Part shown: in pieces, positions 15,479 to 23,252 of the stretch
How positions within the stretch are numbered: the first letter of the stretch is position 1
Layout: every line of letters starts with the position of its first letter
Source of the DNA: Planctomycetota bacterium
GTDB taxonomy: Bacteria; Planctomycetota; SBBH01; JAHFOU01
Length of the DNA stretch: 25,842 nucleotides
Reading direction: 5' to 3'
NCBI GenBank assembly: GCA_023261525.1
Contig: JAHFOU010000002.1
Coordinates: 1 to 25,842, forward strand
Translations under genes and position numbers: made by a program
The notes under the pieces: model-generated
Told to the model about the DNA's origin: nothing
The model's database searches: none
What the model saw: only the letters and a program-made list of their open reading frames with translations

Positions 15479-16879
15479 ATGAAACCTTCCACCCTGACGG
15501 AACTCCTCCGGGACGCTGCCGCCCTCCACGCGGAGCGCACTGCCCTGGCCGGCCCGGCCGGGCCCTCCATCACCTTCGGCCAACTCGCCCAGCGCGCCGA
15601 GGCCGTTTCCAAGGCCCTGGGGCCCTCCTCGGGGGAAGTGATCGGCCTCCTCTCCCCCAACCGCCCCGAGTGGGCCGTGGCCTTCTTCGGCATCCTGGGC
15701 TCCGGGGCTGCCGTCCTTCCCCTGGATCCCCACCTGACGCCCGAGGAATTGGCCAACGCTCGGGCCCAGTTCGGATGCCGCCGCATCCTGGGGCTGGATC
15801 TTCCCCTGGAGCCCTCTGGAGACAAAGGTGGGAAGCTCCCGAAGGCCCGCCCCGGGGATCTGGCCGTTCTCATCGCCTCTTCCGGCACCACCGGCAAGCC
15901 CAAGGGCGTGATGCTGAGCCACGCCAACCTCCTGGCCAATCTGGGCCAGTTCCGCGCCGTGATGCCCTTGGGGCCCGAGGACGCCTTCCTGGGCCTCCTG
16001 CCGCTTCATCATGCTTTTCCCCTCATGGGCTGTCTGCTCGCCGCCGTCTCCTGCGGCGGACGCCTGGTCTTTCCCGAGGCCCCCAAGCCGGCGGCCATCC
16101 TCCAGGCCATCTCGAATGGCGGGGTCAGCCATGCCCTCTTCGTTCCCGGTCTGCTGAGGCTGATGCTGAAGGTGGTGGAGAAGGCCGGGGGGCCCGCGGC
16201 CCTGGGTCCGGCCTTCCGCGTGGCCGTGGTCGGGGGGGCGCCTTGCCCTCCGGCCGTGCTGGAGGCCGCGGCTGCGTTGGGGGTGAAGGCCCTCCAGGGC
16301 TATGGGATGTCCGAGGCCTCGCCGGTGATCTCGCTCAACACCTTCGAGGCCGACCGGCCCGGGAGCGCGGGCCTTCCCGTGCCGGGCCCGGAGCTGAGGA
16401 TCGAGGGAACCGGCGAAGGCGAGCTCCTCGTCCGGGGCCCCAACGTGATGATGGGCTACTGGCAGGATGCGGAGCGCACGGCCGAGACTTTACAGGACGG
16501 CTGGCTGAGGACGGGGGACATCGCGGCGCGGGACGCGGACGGCTTCCTCTGGATCCGGGGACGCTCCAAGAACGTGATCATCTCGGAGTCCGGCAAGAAC
16601 GTCTACCCAGAGGAGATCGAAGCGGAGCTGGTCAAGTCGGAGCGCTTCCGCGAGGTCTGCGTGCTGGGGCGCGTCGTGGACGGCAGCGAGCGCATCGTGG
16701 CCGTGGTCATCCCGCATCAGCCCATGACGCTGGAGGAGGCCCGCGCCGAGGCGGCGGCCCGCGGCGCCTCCCTGGCAGAGTTCAAGCGCATCCAGGACGT
16801 GGTGCTCTGGGAGGGGGAGTTGCCGAAGACGGCCTCGGGGAAGGTTAAGATCGCCGCCGTAAGGGAGGGCCTGCGATGA
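15479..16879 (+). CDS. Long-chain fatty acid--CoA/ACP ligase (AMP-binding, FadD/Aas-like)
   Basis: SSGTTGKPKGVMLSHANL, QGYGMSE, WLRTGD, GRSKNVI...GKNVYPEEIE, KTASGKVK; strong AGGAGG SD. Confidence 0.92.
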   Translation: MKPSTLTELLRDAAALHAERTALAGPAGPSITFGQLAQRAEAVSKALGPSSGEVIGLLSPNRPEWAVAFFGILGSGAAVLPLDPHLTPEELANARAQFGCRRILGLDLPLEPSGDKGGKLPKARPGDLAVLIASSGTTGKPKGVMLSHANLLANLGQFRAVMPLGPEDAFLGLLPLHHAFPLMGCLLAAVSCGGRLVFPEAPKPAAILQAISNGGVSHALFVPGLLRLMLKVVEKAGGPAALGPAFRVAVVGGAPCPPAVLEAAAALGVKALQGYGMSEASPVISLNTFEADRPGSAGLPVPGPELRIEGTGEGELLVRGPNVMMGYWQDAERTAETLQDGWLRTGDIAARDADGFLWIRGRSKNVIISESGKNVYPEEIEAELVKSERFREVCVLGRVVDGSERIVAVVIPHQPMTLEEARAEAAARGASLAEFKRIQDVVLWEGELPKTASGKVKIAAVREGLR

Positions 16880-17463
16880 CCCTGTCCGACCGCCTGGTCC
16901 TGCTCACCATCGGCGTCTTCCTGATCGTGGGGGTGTACCAGTTCTACTTCTGGTGCCAGCGCCAGAGCTTCCGCCCATCCCGGGGCTTCCGGACGGGCCT
17001 GGATGACCGCATCCCGTACTGGCCCTCCTGGGTCTGGGTCTACAGCGGCCTCTACTACCCGGTCGTCCTGTACACGGTCTGGACCCTCCGGGACTTCCGG
17101 CAGTTCGGGTACCTGGTGGCGAGCTACCTGGTCCTGCTGGGGATGCAGATGTCCTGTTTCCTGCTCTTCCCGGTCGAGACGCCGGAGACCTGGAGGGTGA
17201 AGGAGCCCCGCAACCGCTCCGAGCGCTTCCTGGCCTATGTGCACAGCTTCGACCAGCGTTCCAACTGCTTCCCGAGCATGCACGTCTCGGTGGCCCTGCT
17301 GACGGCCTGCCACATCCATCCCTTCCTGGGGGCGTGGGCCTGGGCCTTCCCCGCCCTGATCGGCGTGAGCTGCCTGTTCACGAAACAGCACTACCTGGTG
17401 GACCTGCCGCCGGGGGCGCTCGTGGGCTGGGCGGCCTGGAAGGCATATCTGTGGATGGTATGA
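16876..17463 (+). CDS. PAP2-superfamily membrane protein (Aur1/IPC-synthase-like; has FPSMH and HYLVD motifs, lacks the KxxxxxxRP motif)
   Basis: Multiple TM helices, NCFPSMHVS and KQHYLVD; ATGA overlap with the ligase. Confidence 0.8.
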   Translation: MTLSDRLVLLTIGVFLIVGVYQFYFWCQRQSFRPSRGFRTGLDDRIPYWPSWVWVYSGLYYPVVLYTVWTLRDFRQFGYLVASYLVLLGMQMSCFLLFPVETPETWRVKEPRNRSERFLAYVHSFDQRSNCFPSMHVSVALLTACHIHPFLGAWAWAFPALIGVSCLFTKQHYLVDLPPGALVGWAAWKAYLWMV

Positions 17464-18188
17464 TTCATCCCTCCCTCTGGGTCTTTGCGGCCGCGGTGCT
17501 CATGGCCACGTTCGAGACGGCCCGGCCCGTCCGCCGCTGGCCCAAGGTTCCTGGATGGCTCCTGAGGGCCATTCCCCTTAATTTGGTGCAGGTGGGTTCC
17601 GTTTGGCTTGCCGGGGTCCTCTGGGATCCCTGGTTGCTCCGCCACCGTCCCTGGTCGGCCGCGGGTCTGGGCGTCCTGGGTGGGGCTACAGTGGGATACC
17701 TGGCCCACACCTTCCTGTTCTACTGGTGGCACCGCTGGCGTCATGAGGTTCCTTTGCTCTGGCGCCTCTTCCATCAGGTTCACCACAGCCCTCAACGGAT
17801 CGAGGTGATCACCAGCTTCTACAAGCATCCTCTCGAGATCCTGGTCAACGGCCTGCTCTTCAGCGGAATGGTGTATGGGGTGGTCGGTATCAGCCCTCAG
17901 GCAGGGGCCTTGGCGGCCTTGTTCTGCGGCCTGGCTGAGCTGTTCTATCATTGGAACGTCCGTACCCCGCGTTGGCTTGGCTGGCTGATCCAGCGCCCGG
18001 AGAGCCACTGCGTGCATCACGAGGAGGGGGTACATCGCTGGAATTACGGCGACCTCCCGCTCTGGGATTTCCTGTTCGGCACCCTGAGGAATCCGGAGAC
18101 ATGGGAGGCACGCTGCGGTTTCGGCCCCGAGCCTGAGCAGAGGCTGGGCGAGATGCTCCGAGGCGTGGACATCCGGGGAGAACAGTGA
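17460..18188 (+). CDS. Fatty acid hydroxylase / sterol desaturase family di-iron membrane enzyme (start ATG 17460)
   Basis: His boxes WHRWRH, HQVHH, HCVHH plus NYG...WDFLFGT; ATGA overlap with the upstream stop. Confidence 0.9.
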   Translation: MIHPSLWVFAAAVLMATFETARPVRRWPKVPGWLLRAIPLNLVQVGSVWLAGVLWDPWLLRHRPWSAAGLGVLGGATVGYLAHTFLFYWWHRWRHEVPLLWRLFHQVHHSPQRIEVITSFYKHPLEILVNGLLFSGMVYGVVGISPQAGALAALFCGLAELFYHWNVRTPRWLGWLIQRPESHCVHHEEGVHRWNYGDLPLWDFLFGTLRNPETWEARCGFGPEPEQRLGEMLRGVDIRGEQ

Positions 18189-18673
18189 AGGCGGCTGCGT
18201 TCGTTCTGTGCGGGCTGGGTCTGGCCCAGATGGCCGGAGACCTCCTTGGCCTCCCCCTGCTCAAGGGCTTGGGTGCGGCCACGGCGGCTTCCCCAGCTCC
18301 CAAGGTCTTCACCGCTGTCCGCGGGCTGGAGACCTATTCCACGGCTTTTTTCCTGGAATGGACGGATCGCGGAGGCCATCCCCACAGCCTTCACCTGACC
18401 CCCGAGGTCTATGCCCGCATCCGTGGGCCCTACAACCGGCGGAACGTCTATGGCGCGGCCCTTTCCTATGGGCCCGTGCTCGCTTCGAATCCCCGGACCC
18501 GGCCGATGTTCGACGACGTGATCCGTCATGCCTTGGGTGGGAATGCTCCGCTTCTTCGTGAGCTCGGCGTGGATCCGGCCGAAGTCGCTCTGCCTGTCCG
18601 CCTCCGCCTGGTGCCTCGCGAGGGATCCCGCCTTGAGGCTCTTCCCTTGGTGTTGGAGGCGCCTTCCCCATGA
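18185..18673 (+). CDS. Hypothetical protein with an N-terminal hydrophobic segment; probable partner of the HTTM protein
   Basis: GTGA and ATGA overlaps on both sides; protein-like composition (SPAPKVF, GLETYS, GPYNRRNVYGAALSYGP). Confidence 0.75.
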   Translation: MKAAAFVLCGLGLAQMAGDLLGLPLLKGLGAATAASPAPKVFTAVRGLETYSTAFFLEWTDRGGHPHSLHLTPEVYARIRGPYNRRNVYGAALSYGPVLASNPRTRPMFDDVIRHALGGNAPLLRELGVDPAEVALPVRLRLVPREGSRLEALPLVLEAPSP

Positions 18674-19905
18674 AGGCCAACGGCTGGACCGGCGGGCAGT
18701 ACAGCCTCTTCCGTTTCGCATTGGGGATCTATCTTGCGCTTCATTTCAGCCAGCTCGCGCCTTGGGGGGCGGAGGTCTTCTCGGGCGCGGGGGTGATCCC
18801 GCGGGCCTCGGACAGCCCTCTGTCCGGCCTGTTCCCGAACGTGCTACTCCTGTGGGACGGGCCCGTCTTCGTGACGGCCATCCTTTGGGGTGCTGCCGGG
18901 ATGGCCCTGGCGTTCGCATGGGGATGGAGGGACAGGGTATTCGCGGTCCTGCTCTGGTACGTCTGGGCCTGTCTGCTGGGCCGCAATCCCCTCATCTCGA
19001 ATCCGGGACTTCCTTACGTGGGATGGATCCTCCTGGCCCACGCCTGCCTTCCCAGGGCCCCCTACCTGTCCTGGGAGGCCCGCAAGCGTGCGGATCCGGC
19101 GGGGGGCTGGGCCATGCCCCAGTCCCTCTTCATCGTGGCCTGGATCCTCATGGCCCTGGGCTACAGCTACAGCGGGTGGACCAAGCTGGACAGCCCCTCC
19201 TGGCTGGACGGCTCCGCCCTGTCCCGGGTCCTGGAGAACCCCTTGGCGCGACCTGGCGCCCTGCGCGGTGTGGTGCTGTCGCTTCCGCCGGGGCTGCTCC
19301 GAGGGATGACCTGGGCCTCCCTGGCCCTGGAACTGGGCTTCGCTCCGCTGGTGCTCTTCCGCCGTTTGAGGCCCTGGGTCTGGCTGGCCATGCTGGGGAT
19401 GCATGCCGGTCTGGTCCTGCTCCTGGATTTCGCCGACCTGAGCTTCGGTATGGTGATGCTGCATGCCTTCACCTTCGATCCGGCATGGATCCGGCCCCGG
19501 GGGACTGCGGCCCGGATCTTCTATGACGGGGGTTGCGGGCTCTGCCACCGCTGGGTGCGTTTTGTATTGGCCGAAGATCGGGAAGGGGTCTTCCGGTTCG
19601 CGCCCCTGGGTGGCGCCGCCTTCCTTGCCAGCGTCCCCCAGACATCCCGGGAAAACCTGCCGGACAGCCTGGTGGTGGAGATGGAGGGAGGCGTGTTGCT
19701 GTCCCGCTCCGCCGCCGTCCTGGCCATCTTGGCCCGGCTGGGAGGGGTCTGGGGAATCCTTTCCGGGGTGGGGGGGATGTTTCCGGCCGGATTCCTGGAC
19801 TTGGCGTACGATGCGGTAGCCCGCGTCCGCCGTCGGATCTTCAGCCCTCCGTCCGGAGCCTGTCCCCTTCTGCCGCGTCCTCTCGCGGTCCGGTTCCTGC
19901 CATAA
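18670..19905 (+). CDS. HTTM-domain membrane protein fused to a C-terminal DCC1-like (DUF393) thiol-disulfide oxidoreductase
   Basis: HTTM-type segments FRFALGIY, LGRNPLISN, YSYSGWTKL...WLDGSAL, LELGF, MHAG; DCC1 motif IFYDGGCGLCHRWVRF...FRFAPL from about 19510. Confidence 0.82.
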   Translation: MKANGWTGGQYSLFRFALGIYLALHFSQLAPWGAEVFSGAGVIPRASDSPLSGLFPNVLLLWDGPVFVTAILWGAAGMALAFAWGWRDRVFAVLLWYVWACLLGRNPLISNPGLPYVGWILLAHACLPRAPYLSWEARKRADPAGGWAMPQSLFIVAWILMALGYSYSGWTKLDSPSWLDGSALSRVLENPLARPGALRGVVLSLPPGLLRGMTWASLALELGFAPLVLFRRLRPWVWLAMLGMHAGLVLLLDFADLSFGMVMLHAFTFDPAWIRPRGTAARIFYDGGCGLCHRWVRFVLAEDREGVFRFAPLGGAAFLASVPQTSRENLPDSLVVEMEGGVLLSRSAAVLAILARLGGVWGILSGVGGMFPAGFLDLAYDAVARVRRRIFSPPSGACPLLPRPLAVRFLP

Positions 19906-19919
19906 TGGTGCTATAGCCC

Positions 19920-21854
19920 ATGCCCTCCCCCCTCGCCTCGGCCCTTCGGAACCCCCGCTTCCTGAAGCTCCTGGCCGGGCAGTGCATCTCGGCCATCGGG
20001 GACCGCTTCACCGAGCTGGCCCTGCTCTCCCTGGCCCTGGGCGGCCAAGCCTCCGCCGAGCTGGCCCGCCTCGACTTCTGGTCCTATCTGCCCTGGATCC
20101 TCTTGGGCCCCTTCGCTGGCCTCCTGGTGGATCGCTACTCCCGCAGGAAGCTCATGATCGCCGCCGACCTGGGCCGCCTCGGCTTGGTCCTCACCCTGTT
20201 CGCCTTCGGCCTGAGGGACGGGCAGGACCTGGGCGGGACCTATCCCGTCCTGTTCGCCATGGGCATGCTGAGCACCGTCTTCTCCCCGGCCAAGTCCGCC
20301 TGCCTGCCCGACCTCGTCCCGGTCGAGCAGGTGATGCCGGCCGGGGCCCTGCTGGCGGCCGTCGGGGTCGCCTCCACGGCCCTCGGCTCCACGCTGGCCG
20401 GCAAGGTCATCGACACCTGGGGATGGCGGGCCTGCCTGGGGGTGGATGCGCTGAGCTTCGGCCTCTCCGCGGCCTTCATCTGGAGCATCTCCTTCCCGGT
20501 CGTCGCGGCTGCGCCCCGGGTGGCATCCTCCTTCGCCGGGACCCTGAAGGACCTGGCCGCCGGCTTGAGGGAGATGCGGCGGAACCCCGAGCTGAGGCCG
20601 ATCTGCGCCTTCCTCTTCGTGTTCTGGTTCGTGGCGAACAGCGTGAAGGTCCTCGCCCCGAACTTCGCCAAGGAGGCCCTGGCCCTGCAGACGGGACAGC
20701 CGGGGGGGATGACCTCGGTGGGGCACACCATGACCCTGGCCGGCCTGGGCCTGCTGGCCGGGGCGGCCCTCACGGCCCTGGCGGGGCACCGGATCGCCCG
20801 GCGGGCGGCCTACTTTCTGGCCTCGGCGGGGATGGGGGGAGGCCTGCTGGGCCTGACATCTTCCCACGCCTGGGGCCCTGCCCTGTTCTGGCTCTTCATC
20901 ACCGGCCTGGCGGGAGGGACCCTGGTCTCCCGGGTGGACGCGGACATCCTGAAGGTGGTGGCTCCGGGGATGCGGGGCCGGATCTTCGGGGCCGTCTCCG
21001 TGCTCTTCGCGGGAGCCCTGCTGAGCCCCTTGAGGCCCATCGGCTGGCTTTCCCAGCGCGCGACCGCGGCCAGCATCCTCCAGGTCCTGGCCTGGATCCT
21101 GCTGGGGCTGGCTGTCCTCGTCCTGCTCCGCCTGCTGAGGGACCTGAAGGCGGGAAGGCCGCTGATCCTGCCGCTCGGAGAGGCTCGCCCCCAGGCCCTG
21201 CCGGACACTGCGGCCTATCCCCTCATCCGCCTCCTCGGCCATCTGATCTTCAAGCCGCTCTACCGCCTCCGCTCCCACGGGGAAGAACAGGTTCCCGCCG
21301 AGGGCCCCGTCATCCTGGCCGCCAACCACTCCTCCTACTGGGACCCGGTCTTCCTTCAGCTCTCCCTCCCGGACCGCCAGGTGCGCTGGCTCATGGACGA
21401 GGACTACTACAACCTGCCCGTCCTGCGCTGGTTCTTCCGTGCGGTGGGCTGCATTCCGGTGAAGAATTCCGGGGGCAACCGCCGGGCCCTGGACGCAGCC
21501 GTCCAGGTGCTCAAGGCCGGCGGGGTGCTGGGCATCTTCCCGGAGGGCCACATCTCCCGCACGGGGCGCATGGACCAGGCCCACACGGGGGTCTCCTTGC
21601 TCTCCGCGAGGACAGGGGCCCCGGTGATGCCGGCGTATTTGAGAGGCGCCATGTTCTCCTGGCCGAAAGGGCAGAAGCTTCCGCGCCTGTCCCGGGTGGA
21701 GGTGAGGTTCGCGGAGCCCATGCGCCTGCCGGAGGGGGAGGGGGCGGAGAAGGCGGCCCTGCGCGCCTTTGCCGATCGACTCATGGCCCAGATCAAGGGA
21801 CTCTACGGGCGCGGGTCCGCGCGGGTGGGGCCGAGGGGGGAGGGGGAGGCGTGA
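19920..21854 (+). CDS. MFS transporter (LplT-like) fused to a PlsC-type lysophospholipid acyltransferase
   Basis: MFS motif LLVDRYSRRKLMIAADLGR and about 12 hydrophobic segments; acyltransferase motifs NHSSYWD (HxxxxD, about 21324), FPEG and PVMPAYL. Confidence 0.88.
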   Translation: MPSPLASALRNPRFLKLLAGQCISAIGDRFTELALLSLALGGQASAELARLDFWSYLPWILLGPFAGLLVDRYSRRKLMIAADLGRLGLVLTLFAFGLRDGQDLGGTYPVLFAMGMLSTVFSPAKSACLPDLVPVEQVMPAGALLAAVGVASTALGSTLAGKVIDTWGWRACLGVDALSFGLSAAFIWSISFPVVAAAPRVASSFAGTLKDLAAGLREMRRNPELRPICAFLFVFWFVANSVKVLAPNFAKEALALQTGQPGGMTSVGHTMTLAGLGLLAGAALTALAGHRIARRAAYFLASAGMGGGLLGLTSSHAWGPALFWLFITGLAGGTLVSRVDADILKVVAPGMRGRIFGAVSVLFAGALLSPLRPIGWLSQRATAASILQVLAWILLGLAVLVLLRLLRDLKAGRPLILPLGEARPQALPDTAAYPLIRLLGHLIFKPLYRLRSHGEEQVPAEGPVILAANHSSYWDPVFLQLSLPDRQVRWLMDEDYYNLPVLRWFFRAVGCIPVKNSGGNRRALDAAVQVLKAGGVLGIFPEGHISRTGRMDQAHTGVSLLSARTGAPVMPAYLRGAMFSWPKGQKLPRLSRVEVRFAEPMRLPEGEGAEKAALRAFADRLMAQIKGLYGRGSARVGPRGEGEA

Positions 21855-22471
21855 GGACCCCCTTCCGCCTGTTGCTGTTACTGCTCTTCGCCTGTGGCGC
21901 CACGTGGGTGATGTTCGATTGGATGTTCCGGGGGCGCATCCCGGACTCCTTTCTCCTGCTCCATTCTTGCGTTTTGCTTGGAGGCATGTTTGCCCTGGCT
22001 TGGAGATTCCTGCCGAGGCGGGAGAAACCGCCGGGGCTTCTGCCGATGCTCCTGGTGGGACTTCTCGTGGAACGGCTGCTGCTTTCGGTCTTCTGCGGGG
22101 CGATGGATCATGGGCTCTCGAACGTCTTGGATTCCATGGGGCGGGGCATTCCCGAAGGGTTTCAGGTCGCGTGCGGGATCGGTATGGGCGTGGCCGTGAT
22201 GGGCCTCTTCCTGCTGGGGGGCTTGGCCGCGATGTGCGCCCTGGCCGGCGTCTGGGATTTCTCTTGGGCAAAGGCCTGCATGGCCTCGGCGGGGATGGCC
22301 GGGGTCGCTCTGGGAAGCATGGCGGCACTCGGCTTCGCGTTGGACAGGCTGCGTGTCGGAGACCGTATGATCGAGTGGTACCTCCAGCTCCTGGCCCTGG
22401 TCTTCGAGCTGGCCTGGCTCTCCTGGTGGTCAGGGCGGATCCGGAACCGTCTCCGGGAGGGGCAGGCATGA
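21851..22471 (+). CDS. Uncharacterised polytopic membrane protein (206 aa, GTG start), paralogue of 22468..23244
   Basis: Hydrophobic C-terminal part of ORF 19982..22471; GGAGG SD and GTGA overlap with the upstream stop. Confidence 0.75.
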   Translation: MRTPFRLLLLLLFACGATWVMFDWMFRGRIPDSFLLLHSCVLLGGMFALAWRFLPRREKPPGLLPMLLVGLLVERLLLSVFCGAMDHGLSNVLDSMGRGIPEGFQVACGIGMGVAVMGLFLLGGLAAMCALAGVWDFSWAKACMASAGMAGVALGSMAALGFALDRLRVGDRMIEWYLQLLALVFELAWLSWWSGRIRNRLREGQA

Positions 22472-23244
22472 AGGACGGACCTCTCCCGTTCTGGAGGGTG
22501 CTGGTGGGGGCGGGCGTGGGGATGGGGCTGGGGGCCCTGGCCCTGAAGCTCCTGCATTCCGGCCAGGATCCCCTGCTCTGGGCCTGTCCCCTGGGGGCGG
22601 TGCTGGGCGCGCGCTGGGCCGCCGGGGCGGGGGGGACGGCGCGCTGGACGGCCCTGCTGGCCTCCCTGGTCATCTGGTGGGGGGCGAGGTGGGTGCTGTT
22701 CCGTTGTTCAGAAGAGATTTCCAATGATCCTGCATTTAATGCCGCGGATTTCGCGTTCCTTTGCGGAGGATGGTGTGTGTTGGTGTGGCGATCCTTGATC
22801 AAACTCAGCCACCGCGCGCTCCCGCCGGGAGTTTTGCCGCTGGCGTTGATCGGGCTCTTCATCGATCGATTGACGATGTCGGCGGGATTGGGGTTGATCA
22901 CGCTGGCCAATGTGTTTGGCAGTCTCCCTGCGGAGAGCTTTGCCGTAGGCATGTACGGCATCTGGATCTGTCTTTGGGCGGCGGCCCTGCTTTGCGGGTT
23001 GGGCAGTCTTTGCGGGTTGGCGGGCGACCTGGACATTCCCTGGGCCAAGGCCACCTCTGCCGCAGCCTTGCTCGCCGGGCTCATGCTGGTCGATTGCATG
23101 CTTTTCCCGAGGATGATCCCGGGTCCATGGCGCCCCTGGTTGATCCAGGGGGTCTTTGTGCTGATCGAATCCCTCTGGTTCCTCTTCTGGGCCCGACGCG
23201 TCGTCCGCGCCAGGGACTTGCCGCCCGCCCCGGAGCAGGGATAA
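22468..23244 (+). CDS. Uncharacterised polytopic membrane protein (258 aa), paralogue of 21851..22471
   Basis: Hydrophobic C-terminal part of ORF 21769..23244; GGAGG upstream and ATGA overlap. Confidence 0.75.
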   Translation: MKDGPLPFWRVLVGAGVGMGLGALALKLLHSGQDPLLWACPLGAVLGARWAAGAGGTARWTALLASLVIWWGARWVLFRCSEEISNDPAFNAADFAFLCGGWCVLVWRSLIKLSHRALPPGVLPLALIGLFIDRLTMSAGLGLITLANVFGSLPAESFAVGMYGIWICLWAAALLCGLGSLCGLAGDLDIPWAKATSAAALLAGLMLVDCMLFPRMIPGPWRPWLIQGVFVLIESLWFLFWARRVVRARDLPPAPEQG

Positions 23245-23245
23245 T
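23240..23245 (+). promoter_or_regulatory. Putative -10 box (GATAAT, containing the upstream TAA stop) for a leaderless mqnE
   Basis: GATAAT, then 7 nt, then ATG 23253. Confidence 0.45.
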
Positions 23246-23252
23246 GCCGTCC

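Noticed and set aside
19901-19919. TGCTATAGC just before the MFS ATG as a leaderless promoter
   Set aside because: The hexamer lacks the conserved final T and lies only 2 nt from the ATG. The alternative CATAAT is 13 nt away, so neither fits the 6-7 nt pattern well.
11209-23244. ORF-track starts at 11209, 11991, 14848, 17334, 19982 and 21769
   Set aside because: These are upstream extensions overlapping other genes. Homology begins at 11299, 12597, 14860, 17460, 21851 and 22468, most coinciding with stop/start overlaps.
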